IMG/VR virus record: IMGVR_UViG_3300032608_000514
Location: 1-39,956 of that record
Reading direction: 5' to 3' (one strand)
Source: a virus
Taxonomy: Duplodnaviria; Caudoviricetes
DNA: 39,956 nt
Part shown: positions 18,197-27,605 of the stretch, in pieces
How the letters are laid out: every line of letters starts with the position of its first letter
Position numbering within the stretch: the stretch's first letter is position 1
Position numbers and translations under genes: made by a program
Notes under the pieces: model-generated
What the model was told of the DNA's origin: nothing
Database searches by the model: none
What the model saw: only the letters and a program-made list of their open reading frames with translations

Positions 18197-18658
18197 TCAT
18201 TTCTTACCTCCTTGGAATAAGCTAAACGGAAACATCAGTGGTGGCTCTTCTTTCTTTGGTGCTTCCTTGACTTTCTCTTTCACTACTACCTCAGGAACCT
18301 CTATTTCAGTAACTGCTGGCCTTTCTACTACTGCTCTTGGTAGTGGCGGTATCCCTTCCCGCTTTATCCTTTCGTATTCACTACTCGGCACTCGCCACTG
18401 TCCGCCTAGAGGCTTTATAGCTTTGATACGCCCTGTTCTAACCAGCTCAAGTATCCAAGAGTGGCCGTAACTGAGCTCTCTGGCTATCTGAGCTACGCTG
18501 TAGTACTTACCGGCTTTTATCTCAGCTATCTGTTCAGCAGTAGCTTCACCTTTCTCTATTGGGATTTCAGCTGGCTTTTCTTCTGAAGGTGCTGGCTGAG
18601 TAACCTCTGTAGCTTCTACCTTTTCCTCCGCTTCAACCGGCTCTGCTTCCTTTGCCAT
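18197..18658 (-). CDS. HTH_17 (MerR/excisionase-like) DNA-binding protein
   Basis: YYSVAQIARELSYGHSWILELVRTGRIKAIKPLGGQWRVP; first gene of the minus arm. Confidence 0.8.
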   Translation of the reverse strand: MAKEAEPVEAEEKVEATEVTQPAPSEEKPAEIPIEKGEATAEQIAEIKAGKYYSVAQIARELSYGHSWILELVRTGRIKAIKPLGGQWRVPSSEYERIKREGIPPLPRAVVERPAVTEIEVPEVVVKEKVKEAPKKEEPPLMFPFSLFQGGKK

Positions 18659-18678
18659 TATCCACCTCCTTTGGCTGT

Positions 18679-18707
18679 ATTATATAATATCTGATGTAAA
18701 AACACAA
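18679..18707 (-). promoter_or_regulatory. Sigma70-like promoter for the minus arm
   Basis: TTGTGT-N17-TATAAT, about 20 bp upstream of the 18658 start. Confidence 0.55.
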
Positions 18708-18745
18708 GTTCTTGTGGTAAAGTCTGGGTATTATACCTTCTACTA

Positions 18746-18774
18746 TTTACAAATCACAAAAACCACAGTAATGT
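18746..18774 (+). promoter_or_regulatory. Possible promoter for the structural arm
   Basis: TTTACA-N17-TAATGT in the divergent intergenic region. Confidence 0.35.
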
Positions 18775-18829
18775 TATTTACAAAGGTCGATTTTAGTTTT
18801 ACTCTAAAAACTGTAGAAGGAGCAAAATC

Positions 18830-18937
18830 ATGACGAGCATACAAGGTACAGTCTTGAGCGCCCTCGGGGTCATCATAGTGGTGTTGCTGGCGGTCTGGGT
18901 GTTCCGGATAGTCAAAAAGGAAATACCTTCAGCGTAA
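18830..18937 (+). CDS. 35-aa single-TM virion membrane protein (putative)
   Basis: MTSIQGTVLSALGVIIVVLLAVWVFRIVKKEIPSA; AAGGAG RBS. Confidence 0.7.
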   Translation: MTSIQGTVLSALGVIIVVLLAVWVFRIVKKEIPSA

Positions 18938-18951
18938 GGAGGAAGTAAACC

Positions 18952-19050
18952 ATGGCTCAAACTCAGAATATAGTTGGTCTATTCCTTATGTTAGCGATTG
19001 TTGTCGCCGGTGTTTTCCTCGCTGAGTGGCTAAAGACGAAAATGGCGTAG
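18952..19050 (+). CDS. 32-aa single-TM virion membrane protein (putative)
   Basis: MAQTQNIVGLFLMLAIVVAGVFLAEWLKTKMA; AGGAGG RBS. Confidence 0.7.
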   Translation: MAQTQNIVGLFLMLAIVVAGVFLAEWLKTKMA

Positions 19051-19093
19051 CACTAAAAAGGGAGCTGTAAAAGGCTCCCTTTGGAGGTTTAGA

Positions 19094-19303
19094 GTGAGAA
19101 TAGACTGGGCGACAATGCTAACAGTATTCATAGCTATAGTATTAGCTGAACTGTTCTGTCGCGGTGTGTTCTCAGGTGGCAGTATAGGAGGCACACCAGC
19201 AAGTGTTGGGGCTACGACACATAACAATCCCGCACCAGCTGTGATATATGCAAATCCAATTGACCGGTATCTAGCTGAAAAATATCCAAACACTGTAAGA
19301 TAG
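19094..19303 (+). CDS. Single-TM membrane protein
   Basis: N-terminal TM segment; GGAGG RBS. Confidence 0.7.
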   Translation: MRIDWATMLTVFIAIVLAELFCRGVFSGGSIGGTPASVGATTHNNPAPAVIYANPIDRYLAEKYPNTVR

Positions 19304-19315
19304 GAGGAAAAGATT

Positions 19316-19819
19316 ATGGCAACAGCAGTAAAAGAGGAAGTATTTGAGTTAGGTCGTAATACAGTTATTTCAGGCTCAACTCTCATATCAACCGGTGAAA
19401 GAGACTTAGCTGCCGCAACTGTGGATTATAGCCCGCAGACAATCTGGGAGTTTCCAGTACCGGTAGGCCAGGCCCTTGTTTTTACCGGCGAGGACATCGT
19501 CTCAGCTTACCTAGAAGATAACGATACGGAAGCTGAGTGCATCGGTACCACAGTATATGTAGATGTGGTGGTGATGGACAGCTCCAAGCAGAATGTGAGG
19601 TCGATACTGAACCTATGCCAGTACGGTAATATGAAGGAGTTTGCAGAAGTTACCAAGCTTCAGCATCTGGATATTGCACCCGGTGACCAAGTCATAGCCA
19701 ATGAAGGCGAAAGAGTCTGCTTCCGGGTCAACTCAAGAACCTCAGCTGAGGCAACACTTGATGCTTCTGATAGCTACTTCCGCCTGACCTGTAAGCGTGT
19801 CCGCCACACACTCTTTTAA
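19316..19819 (+). CDS. Single-jelly-roll capsid protein, paralog 1 (P23-77 VP16-like)
   Basis: IWEFPVPVGQALVF, LCQYGNMKEF, VIANEGERVCFRV, LDASDSYFRL; resembles VP16 as recalled from memory. Confidence 0.7.
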   Translation: MATAVKEEVFELGRNTVISGSTLISTGERDLAAATVDYSPQTIWEFPVPVGQALVFTGEDIVSAYLEDNDTEAECIGTTVYVDVVVMDSSKQNVRSILNLCQYGNMKEFAEVTKLQHLDIAPGDQVIANEGERVCFRVNSRTSAEATLDASDSYFRLTCKRVRHTLF

Positions 19820-19831
19820 TAGGAGGAAAAT

Positions 19832-20011
19832 ATGCCAGGGCCGTTTAAGAAGTTGGTAAGCCTCTTTAACAGTGAACAAGAGAGAGATGAAGCCTACAGC
19901 AGGAAGTTGGCAAAGGATTTCGAGATTGCTGCTGGGCATAGAGTAATCAGGAAAATAACCCGTGGGAAAGGGAAGGAAACCCTTTACGGTTACGAAGTAA
20001 AACGAGTATAA
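19832..20011 (+). CDS. 59-aa basic hypothetical protein
   Basis: MPGPFKKLVSLF...YGYEVKRV; AGGAGG RBS. Confidence 0.65.
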   Translation: MPGPFKKLVSLFNSEQERDEAYSRKLAKDFEIAAGHRVIRKITRGKGKETLYGYEVKRV

Positions 20012-20021
20012 GGAGGAAGAA

Positions 20022-20489
20022 ATGCCGGGAATTATAGAACAGCCATTTACATTGTACCAAGATGACCCTGTAATATCGGTCGCAGATGGTGTAGCAAGCA
20101 CTTGGTCAGACATCTGGAAGTATCAAGTGCCGATAGGGGTCTCGCTAATCATCAAGCCAGAGCACACCCTTTCGTTGTACCTCGCTATAGCAGGCCCAAC
20201 TGAGATAGCTGCTGCTGATGCTACTTACAATACCGGTATGGTCAGGGTTGAGAAGCGAGATGCCAGCGGAAGTGATGTCCAGGTAATCTGCGGACCTAGA
20301 ATCTACAGAGCTTTCAGACAGTTCTCAGATAGAGAGAGGCTTGCTCACTTTAACGTGCCTGCGGAAGGCGTAATCATTGGCGAGCGAGAGTACTTTGTTA
20401 TGCTTGCTTATGATGATGGCACCATCAGCGAGACTGTCTGCTACTTCGAAGCACGCATCGCCAAGGTAAGAAAAGCCTTAGGGGCATAA
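20022..20489 (+). CDS. Single-jelly-roll capsid protein, paralog 2
   Basis: WSDIWKYQVPIG..LIIKPEH.LSLYL...GP.IY..F..F...CYFE. Confidence 0.7.
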   Translation: MPGIIEQPFTLYQDDPVISVADGVASTWSDIWKYQVPIGVSLIIKPEHTLSLYLAIAGPTEIAAADATYNTGMVRVEKRDASGSDVQVICGPRIYRAFRQFSDRERLAHFNVPAEGVIIGEREYFVMLAYDDGTISETVCYFEARIAKVRKALGA

Positions 20490-20524
20490 TATAAATAGTA
20501 TAACTTAAAAAGGAGGGTAGGATA

Positions 20525-20974
20525 ATGCCAAAAGTTGTAGAAGAGGCTTATGAAATATCCAGTATTGACACCACAAACATAACCGCGGCTGATAGTACTG
20601 CTAGCAAGTGGAGCGACTTGTGGAAGTTCCAAGTGCCTACCGGTGAGGCTTACATCTTAAAGCCATCACACCACTTCAGTGTTTACCTCGATGAGGCTAC
20701 TGGAACTACAGAAGCTGGAGCCGGTGATGCTCGACTGAAGATTGAGGTTAGAGACCAGTCGGAGCACGATGCTAAAAGCATCTTTGGGCCTTCGCTGTAC
20801 GCTTCTTGTAAGGACTTCGACAATGTAACTAAGATGGCAACGCTTGACCTCCAGAACGATGTATCAGTTGAAGAGAAGTTCTGGATTGTTGTCATGGTCT
20901 ACGATGCGACAGCTCAAGCCGTTGCTTACTGCTACTTCAACCTTGAAGCTGTAAGAGTCCGGTCAGGTATATAA
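20525..20974 (+). CDS. Single-jelly-roll capsid protein, paralog 3
   Basis: WSDLWKFQVPTG..YILKPSHHFSVYL...FGPSLYASCKDF...VEEKFWIVV...RVRSGI. Confidence 0.7.
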   Translation: MPKVVEEAYEISSIDTTNITAADSTASKWSDLWKFQVPTGEAYILKPSHHFSVYLDEATGTTEAGAGDARLKIEVRDQSEHDAKSIFGPSLYASCKDFDNVTKMATLDLQNDVSVEEKFWIVVMVYDATAQAVAYCYFNLEAVRVRSGI

Positions 20975-20986
20975 AAGGAGGTAAAG

Positions 20987-21439
20987 ATGGCAAAAGTCAT
21001 GGAAGAAACTTGGCCTCTTATTAGTAATGACACTACGGCGATACCAGCAGCTAACAGGCATGATGGGACGGCTGCAGGATGGGCTGATATCTGGGAATAC
21101 CAAGTACCAAGCGGACAGGCTCATATACTGAAGACCGGTCACCATGTCAGCTTTTATATGAATGATGGTTCTGAGGTAACTGCCGGCAAGGGCTTTCTAG
21201 AGATTGTCGTTAAAGACCAGAGCAAGCAAGACGAATCAACAGTCTTTGGGCCTATTCTCTACGATGCTTGCAAGGACTTTAATGATGAAGAGAAGATGGC
21301 AAAGCTAAACCTTCCAGGCGGTGATATAGTCGTAGAAGAGAGATTCTGGATTGTCGTTAGGGGCTACAGCGACGCTGCTATTGACGAGTCAGCTAGTTAC
21401 TTTAGCTTTGAAACTATAAGAGTCCGCTCCGGCATTTAG
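20987..21439 (+). CDS. Single-jelly-roll capsid protein, paralog 4
   Basis: WADIWEYQVPSG..HILKTGHHVSFYM...FGPILYDACKDF...VEERFWIVV...RVRSGI. Confidence 0.7.
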   Translation: MAKVMEETWPLISNDTTAIPAANRHDGTAAGWADIWEYQVPSGQAHILKTGHHVSFYMNDGSEVTAGKGFLEIVVKDQSKQDESTVFGPILYDACKDFNDEEKMAKLNLPGGDIVVEERFWIVVRGYSDAAIDESASYFSFETIRVRSGI

Positions 21440-21486
21440 GTACTGGATGAGAATTCAGTATGTCGGCTACCAAATGAGTAGCTTGC

Positions 21487-21523
21487 AGGGGAGTTACTAT
21501 AACGGTAGCTCCCCTTAGTTATT
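21487..21523 (+). terminator. Hairpin (terminator or attenuator) after the capsid cluster
   Basis: AGGGGAGTTAC/GTAGCTCCCCT 11-bp stem with a weak T-rich tail. Confidence 0.55.
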
Positions 21524-21534
21524 AAGGAGGGAAA

Positions 21535-21861
21535 ATGGAAGAAAGAGTAAATAAGGTAGCAGTCGCCAATGTAATTATGACAACGGCGGACAAAGAATAT
21601 CAATGGTCAGCACCTAAAGGGTGTGTCTGGTTCACACTGCATGTAAGAGATAACACAGAAGTAAGGTTAGCTATGACATCTGGTCACGTAGCTAGCTCTG
21701 AGCCACCTTACTTCACACTAAAATCAAACAGTGCATGGAACACTGACCGGCTTAAAATAGTGGTCAGTACCGGAATGTTGGTTTTCTTTGCTTGCGCTTC
21801 AGCTGGCAAAGTTATCGAAGTCTTAATAGGAATATATGACCCTGATTTGGATGCAGGGTAA
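21535..21861 (+). CDS. Small beta-rich structural protein (penton-like?)
   Basis: Alternating beta-strand pattern; lies between the capsid and spike genes. Confidence 0.45.
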   Translation: MEERVNKVAVANVIMTTADKEYQWSAPKGCVWFTLHVRDNTEVRLAMTSGHVASSEPPYFTLKSNSAWNTDRLKIVVSTGMLVFFACASAGKVIEVLIGIYDPDLDAG

Positions 21862-21876
21862 TAAAAGGAGGATGAT

Positions 21877-23400
21877 ATGGCTGCACCAGGAGTACTTTTA
21901 GAGAGCTTAGCAAATTCTAGGCTATACAATGGAGACGCAATTTTCTTTGGGAGTGATTTAACGGCTGGAGCTTATGGCTCGATACAGAGGCATGCAACAA
22001 CTGCAAGGCTCGATTTGCTCACTCCCACCTACGGAGTAAGGTTTACCGATGGGACTAGTTACCTTGATGTAATACCTGGCACTGGCATCACATTTAACGG
22101 CATTGTAGCTACAGGTATCAGTTTCTATAATGCGACATTCGTGCCTGATACCAACAGAACAGATATAGCTCTAGAGATAGGTAGCAGAGCAAATGAGCTT
22201 GATGTTACGATGGCCGCTGCTGCTACTCAGAATTTTGACCCTGTGCAGATAAATCTTAATGTCATAGGTGCTAATCCAACAAGTACAAGCACGCTAAACG
22301 TAATATACCAACAGGTAACACATGACACCACAGATATGGCTAACCTCCGGCTAAAAGGTGCCGATTGGACTATGGCAATCAATAAGAACCTTCAAGATGC
22401 CTATATCTTTCAAGGAGAAATTGATTATGGAGCTGCTGCTACTTCAGTTAGTGGTGAGTCTGGAGTGGGGTGTTTCACTTTAAATGCTGGCACAGGTGCT
22501 GTTACCGGTAACTTACGAGGAATAATAGTCAATGTAGCCGGTGCCGGTCTACCAAGTACTACCTCAATTGGAGTAGAGGTAAGAACTGATGGAGGTAGTG
22601 CAGTACTAGCCGAAGGGATAAGGATATGGTCAGTAGGAGCTAACTCTATTACAAGTGGTATAGAATTCCGTGGTTCAGTTACCGAAGGGGTTTGCTTTGA
22701 CCAAGTAACTTACACTCCAGATGCAAGTAGAACAGATTTTGCCATAGGAATTGGTAGTAGAACAAGTGAGCTCACTGTTAATCTAGGAAATGCTGCTAGT
22801 CAGAACTTTGAGCCATTTCAGATGAATATCAATTTGACAGCTTCAGGAGGTGCTCCTACTAGCTCAAGCACAGCTCGCCTGCTTCGTATTAGGTCAACCC
22901 ACGATACAATTGATATGCCTAATCTTACAATAATGAATATCAATACCTACATGGATGTTCGGAAAAATATGGAAGCTGCTTACGGGCAGATGAATGGTGT
23001 AGACTTCTACACTAATGCGGTCGCAATTACTACTGAAGCAGCGGTAGGAGCATTCAATATGGAGTGCAATTCTGCTGTTACAGGTAATGTTAGAGGTATA
23101 ATAGTTAATTTGTACGGAGCTGGCTTACCAAGTACCACTTCGATAGGAATAGAAGTAAGAAGTGATGGCGGTGCTGCAACACTAGCTGAAGGAATAAGAA
23201 TCTGGGGTGTGGGCACCTGCTCTTTAACTACCGGACTTAAAATGCAAGGAACAATAACCAACATCTTTGACTTCACGAGTATCGTAACTGCTGTCTCAGA
23301 GGATAACAAAGCTGCTCCAGATAAGGCAGGCAGCATAGCAATCCTTACTCCTGCTGGAGCAGTAGCCTACATCAACTACTACGATGGCACAAGAGCATAA
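21877..23400 (+). CDS. Spike/fibre protein with a ~190-aa tandem duplication
   Basis: G/A/T/S-rich; PDxxRTD.A..IGSR..EL and RGIIVN..GAGLPSTTSIG.EVR.DGG...LAEGIRIW each occur twice. Confidence 0.7.
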   Translation: MAAPGVLLESLANSRLYNGDAIFFGSDLTAGAYGSIQRHATTARLDLLTPTYGVRFTDGTSYLDVIPGTGITFNGIVATGISFYNATFVPDTNRTDIALEIGSRANELDVTMAAAATQNFDPVQINLNVIGANPTSTSTLNVIYQQVTHDTTDMANLRLKGADWTMAINKNLQDAYIFQGEIDYGAAATSVSGESGVGCFTLNAGTGAVTGNLRGIIVNVAGAGLPSTTSIGVEVRTDGGSAVLAEGIRIWSVGANSITSGIEFRGSVTEGVCFDQVTYTPDASRTDFAIGIGSRTSELTVNLGNAASQNFEPFQMNINLTASGGAPTSSSTARLLRIRSTHDTIDMPNLTIMNINTYMDVRKNMEAAYGQMNGVDFYTNAVAITTEAAVGAFNMECNSAVTGNVRGIIVNLYGAGLPSTTSIGIEVRSDGGAATLAEGIRIWGVGTCSLTTGLKMQGTITNIFDFTSIVTAVSEDNKAAPDKAGSIAILTPAGAVAYINYYDGTRA

Positions 23401-23525
23401 CTTAAAATAAAAACTCCTTTTGGAGAGCGTGAAGTTCACGTAAGCAGAGGAAAGAAGTAATGGAACAGGTTCTTGGAGTGCCACAAACAAACAGAGAATT
23501 ATGCTAGGGGATAAGGAGGTAAATA

Positions 23526-23690
23526 ATGAATGCTAAAGAATGGAGACCGCAGGTACTAATCGGAATGTTGGTTCTGGGCGTTATCGGCTACTTCGGTATG
23601 ACAATGGGGTTTGACACTATTGCTGGCGTTGCTGTCGGCGGAGTAGTCTCAGCTGTAACCGCTCTGAGCCAGAACTCGAAGGTGCAGTAA
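23526..23690 (+). CDS. 54-aa two-TM protein (holin-like?)
   Basis: MNAKEWRPQVLIGMLVLGVIGYFG...GVAVGGVVSAVTAL; AGGAGGT RBS. Confidence 0.6.
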   Translation: MNAKEWRPQVLIGMLVLGVIGYFGMTMGFDTIAGVAVGGVVSAVTALSQNSKVQ

Positions 23691-23854
23691 TGGGCGTAGA
23701 GCAACTACTGATACTGATTGTCGGGTTAAACGCCGTGAGCATTGGTACTGTCGGCTTGATGTGGTTGCGAGTTGGAAGGCTTGAAGGACGCCTCAACAAT
23801 GGTGATTACCTCCGTTGCCCATTTTATAAGGGCGGGCATAAAAAGGAGAAGTAG
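23690..23854 (+). CDS. 54-aa single-TM protein
   Basis: MGVEQLLILIVGLNAVSIGTVGLMWLRVGRLEGRL...; TAATG coupling. Confidence 0.6.
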   Translation: MGVEQLLILIVGLNAVSIGTVGLMWLRVGRLEGRLNNGDYLRCPFYKGGHKKEK

Positions 23855-24322
23855 ATGGCTTGGCAGACAATAGCAGAAGGCACTACGCTTGAGACTTTGC
23901 ACAATACTGTAGCTGATAGAGAGCTACCGAAAGGTACACCTGTCCGCTTTGAGCTTGACTTAAACCAGCCAGTTGCTCGTCTTTTTGATTTAGCCGGTGC
24001 TGAGTGGATATTCAAAGGAAGGATGCCGGAGGGGCTAGACCTGGTAGATGTCCACAGCGAAGGCGATAACAGAGTGGTCATTGAAGCAGAAAGCGACCCA
24101 GTGTGGATTGTTGCGCTTGCCGGCTTTGTCAAGGTTCACTGGCTCGCTATCTCGCTAGTCTCTATAGGCATATTCCTTGCTCTTGGTCTCCTAGTTATAG
24201 CTATAAAGGTAAAATCACCAGAGGAAGCAATTAGTGAAGCTAAGTGGATTTTCATAGCATTGGCTGTTATAGCTGTAATGCTATTAGCTGGGTTTGTAAC
24301 TTATAAGAGAGGAGGTACGTGA
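23855..24322 (+). CDS. Membrane protein with C-terminal TM helices
   Basis: Two to three hydrophobic segments. Confidence 0.7.
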   Translation: MAWQTIAEGTTLETLHNTVADRELPKGTPVRFELDLNQPVARLFDLAGAEWIFKGRMPEGLDLVDVHSEGDNRVVIEAESDPVWIVALAGFVKVHWLAISLVSIGIFLALGLLVIAIKVKSPEEAISEAKWIFIALAVIAVMLLAGFVTYKRGGT

Positions 24323-24639
24323 TGATAACAGGAAGTTTTACTAAGGTCGAGATACCGGCGATGGTGAAGCCGGGAGCAACTATACCTTTACGAGTAGCGT
24401 ATGTAGCAAGCAATCCCGGTGCTAACTACTGGTCAACCTGCATCATGGCAAAAGTCGGGATTGGTGGAGCTGAAACAATGAAGATAGTCAGCACTACTCG
24501 AGAGCTTGGGCAGGAAGGCGGGGGTGAGCATACTTACAACCTTGGCTCCATGCCTAATGAAAGGATTACCATTCAGCTGAGGCTACTCGGACACGATGAA
24601 GCTGGTCACCAATGGGTATTAACAGATTGGAGGAACTAA
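24319..24639 (+). CDS. Ig-like beta-sandwich protein
   Basis: Beta-strand pattern (VEIPAMVKPGATIPLRV); RBS. Confidence 0.5.
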   Translation: MMITGSFTKVEIPAMVKPGATIPLRVAYVASNPGANYWSTCIMAKVGIGGAETMKIVSTTRELGQEGGGEHTYNLGSMPNERITIQLRLLGHDEAGHQWVLTDWRN

Positions 24640-25323
24640 TTGGCTTACTCTGTTGTCAGTTTGGAGGTCCCAAGCAGCGCAATAGCTGGGAGCAAAGTAA
24701 GTGCAATGATTCGGATAACGAACAGGCACACTGCTCCCATTCAATTTGCTGCGATTGGTATTGTTGGTACCACTCTCCGCTTTATTGATTGGCAGAAGGC
24801 GTGGATATCAGCGAACACCAGCTATAACTTCTACGGCTCATTCACCATGCCATCCAGTTCAGTAACAGTTAATGCTTATAGCTACTACTTTGATGAGGAT
24901 GGACAGTGGAGAAGCGACGCATCAACTAAGAAGTATATTGCAGTAATCGCGGCTGTCGTTGTGTTACTCGCTAGAGCAGAAAAGTCAGTAGGCGTAGAAA
25001 TTGCGCCACCTCCAGCGCCTGAGCTCTACTTGCTTGATAGCCGTGCAGTAGAAGTAGGCATACTGCAAGAACTATACCTGCTTGCTCGTGCTGAGAAAAC
25101 AGTAATGCCAGATGCAGTAGGGGTAATCCTACTTGCTAAAGCAGAACAGTTAGTACTGCCTGGAGATATCACGGGTGTGGTACTGCTTGATAGCGCAGAA
25201 CAACTCGTGTTGCCAGTTGACGGATTACCGCCGCTGCCACCGGAAGATGAAGTCAATTGGTGGCTATGGGGCTCAGTAGCAGCACTTGCGATATTGGTTG
25301 CAGTAGGGGTAACAAGGAGATAA
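24640..25323 (+). CDS. Ig-like domain, five short repeats and a C-terminal TM anchor
   Basis: LL(A/D)xAExxV-like repeat five times; Pro-rich linker; TM followed by RR. Confidence 0.65.
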   Translation: MAYSVVSLEVPSSAIAGSKVSAMIRITNRHTAPIQFAAIGIVGTTLRFIDWQKAWISANTSYNFYGSFTMPSSSVTVNAYSYYFDEDGQWRSDASTKKYIAVIAAVVVLLARAEKSVGVEIAPPPAPELYLLDSRAVEVGILQELYLLARAEKTVMPDAVGVILLAKAEQLVLPGDITGVVLLDSAEQLVLPVDGLPPLPPEDEVNWWLWGSVAALAILVAVGVTRR

Positions 25324-25545
25324 ATGATGCTGGAAATAACCACTGCAGTGTTAGCTATAGTAGCTATAGTAGCTTGTGGTAGTCGTTTATTGAAGGAGGG
25401 CAGATAAAGTGTTTATAAAAGGTACCTCATTTAGATGTTATAAGTGCAAAACAAGAAAGGTGCTTAAGAGAGCGTCTCGTAAGAGTCCAAGGTGCCCAAA
25501 GTGTAAGGGCATTATGACTTACGGGAAGTAAGGAGGGTAAGTAAA

Positions 25546-25719
25546 ATGCCTAGAAAAAGAAAGACAAAAGGATTTAAGATGCCTGTAGGTCTCTTCCCTT
25601 ACACAACAAGGATTAGTGCTGAGGAAGATGTAGCTAGGTTAGCACGAAAGCTACCTCAGTTTAAATTCAAGATAAGGCGTAAGGGCTTTCTATTTGATAT
25701 CTGGGGGTATAAGAAGTAA
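25546..25719 (+). CDS. Small basic protein
   Basis: MPRKRKTKGFK...KIRRKGFLFDIWGYKK; AGGAGG RBS. Confidence 0.6.
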   Translation: MPRKRKTKGFKMPVGLFPYTTRISAEEDVARLARKLPQFKFKIRRKGFLFDIWGYKK

Positions 25720-26276
25720 TGTGGATTGTAGCAGCAGTAGTCATACTCGCCGGTATTGCTTACTTTGCAACAAGAGCTAAGGCTGTTGAGCCTGAACCTA
25801 CGCCGCCTGTTGAGCCTGAGCCGCCTATTATTTCACCTCCATCTCCACCTTTGCCAGAACCTGAACCACCGCCTCCGCCTGTAGTAGAGCCTACTCCGCC
25901 ACCTGTACCAGAGCCGGAGCTAAAGGCTCAGTTCTATATGCCTCCGACTGTAGAGGCAAGCGTAGTGAAAACCTCGATTTTACGTGTACCTATCAATAGG
26001 ATTACCTTCTCATGCCTTATTACCAACAAGGGCAATGCTTCAGGTACTCATACTTTTACAGCTCGAGCTTATTGGAACAACGGTACAGAGGCAGACCCGA
26101 CTCTTAGTACTACTGTATTGAACGAATTCTGGGATAGGACATATACAATTACCCTAGCACCGGGTGGTACTCATAAGTGGTCTAAAGTAGTTGATGTCTG
26201 GCAAGGCAAACGAGCTACGCTCAAGCTAAAGGGTGATTGGGAAGATAACAATACTGCTATAGGAGTAGTCGTATGA
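25719..26276 (+). CDS. N-terminal TM, Pro-rich stalk and CARDB/Ig-like domain
   Basis: EPEPTPPV repeats; ITNKGNASG and LAPGGT motifs. Confidence 0.7.
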   Translation: MWIVAAVVILAGIAYFATRAKAVEPEPTPPVEPEPPIISPPSPPLPEPEPPPPPVVEPTPPPVPEPELKAQFYMPPTVEASVVKTSILRVPINRITFSCLITNKGNASGTHTFTARAYWNNGTEADPTLSTTVLNEFWDRTYTITLAPGGTHKWSKVVDVWQGKRATLKLKGDWEDNNTAIGVVV

Positions 26277-26547
26277 AAGGACCTTGGCTGTTTGCAATAC
26301 TGGTGACACTTGTAGCTTTGCAAACCTATATGATGTGGAGAGAGCAACGGAGTGCCTGATGAGCGAGTGCCATTCTATGACAGCTTGGAGGCGTATAAAG
26401 TGGGAAGGCATGGAAAGGGTCGTAGGTACGAAGCTTGCTGTTACTGTGGCAGGAAGCCTACAAAGCTGTACGCTGGTAGGCCTATCTGTAAGGCTTGCTG
26501 GCAGATGGTAAGGGCGGGAGTACCGCCAAGGGAATAGGAGGTGAATT

Positions 26548-26721
26548 ATGCCACTGAAATCGTTTAGATGCTCAATTTGCGGAGCTAGTGCTCCAAGGAA
26601 GTACCTTGAGGAAAGCAAGTTTGCCAAGCGCATGGCTTGGCTGCGCCGGCACAGGAAGCGCAAGCACCCTACAGCTCATAAGAAGAGTGTGAGGAAAGCA
26701 GTAAAGGCGAGGAGAGAATAA
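26548..26721 (+). CDS. Basic C2H2-like zinc-finger protein
   Basis: FRCSICG...WLRRHRKRKH; GGAGGTG RBS. Confidence 0.65.
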   Translation: MPLKSFRCSICGASAPRKYLEESKFAKRMAWLRRHRKRKHPTAHKKSVRKAVKARRE

Positions 26722-27155
26722 TGTTACCTAGAAGTAGGTATGCTAAATCAATGCTCACAGGTACTATGCGTGGTTTTGTTATTAAGCATAAGGGAATATT
26801 TCTGAAGGCTATAATAGCTTTCGCTAAGATTCTTCCTGAACCAAAGCGAGAGGACTGCAAGCGACCGAATAGTCCTGTGTTGTTTGATATTTGGGACAGG
26901 CTTCTTAAGCATCTAAGCCTTGTTAGTAGGATACCATTATTCAAAGCTGCTCGTAAACTTCATATAGCTGAGTATGAGCATGACCCTTGGGAGAGTGAGC
27001 TCTTTGACTGCTTTGTAGAAGAGTTAGTGATAGCATACCTAGACGGGGCTTATCAACCTAGAACAATAGGGAGACCGGCAGCTTATTGGAATGAGCCAAT
27101 AGCTGAACAAGAAGCTAAGCGAGAAAAGATTAAACAGTTGCTGAGGAGGGAATAA
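26721..27155 (+). CDS. Hypothetical protein
   Basis: TAATG coupling at both ends. Confidence 0.7.
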   Translation: MLPRSRYAKSMLTGTMRGFVIKHKGIFLKAIIAFAKILPEPKREDCKRPNSPVLFDIWDRLLKHLSLVSRIPLFKAARKLHIAEYEHDPWESELFDCFVEELVIAYLDGAYQPRTIGRPAAYWNEPIAEQEAKREKIKQLLRRE

Positions 27156-27409
27156 TGGCTATATATGCTCATTGTATGAGGTGTGGAAAGTACCATAGAA
27201 GAGGAACTAAGATATTTAGTCAGCATAAAGAATATCTTGGAATGTATATTGACACTGCAACTGGCAGTAGAATACCAGGTATGAAAGTACCTACAACGCC
27301 AAATGGGTTAGCAAAACATTTTAAGCTACTAACGAGGTGAACTTAATGAAAAAACTGATTGCTGAAATAAAGAGCATTATAGACTGGTATCAATTCTTTT
27401 TTCAGAAGT

Positions 27410-27434
27410 CTAACAGTTCCTAGCGAAGTGTTAA
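27410..27434 (+). repeat. Isolated boundary site CTAAC-N15-GTTAA in the plus arm
   Basis: CTAACAGTTCCTAGCGAAGTGTTAA directly followed by AGGAGG and an ATG at 27447. Confidence 0.8.
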
Positions 27435-27446
27435 AGGAGGGGATAA

Positions 27447-27605
27447 ATGGGAAAAGCACTAGCTTATAGCTTTATCAACAAAGAGACGCGAGAGAGGACA
27501 GCTCGAAACCTGCGTAAGAAAGGATATAAAGTGAAGGTAAGAGGAGAATTTATTATAACCAACGCTAGTGGTATAACAGTCCATCAAGCACGAGCTGAAA
27601 GATAG
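27447..27605 (+). CDS. 52-aa basic protein following the boundary site
   Basis: MGKALAYSFINKETRERTARNLRKKGYKVKVRGEF...; AGGAGG RBS. Confidence 0.65.
   Translation: MGKALAYSFINKETRERTARNLRKKGYKVKVRGEFIITNASGITVHQARAER

Noticed and set aside
21493-21509. GTTACTATAACGGTAGC resembling the 23S rRNA I-CeuI region
   Set aside because: Short partial match that is part of a terminator-like hairpin; no rRNA context.
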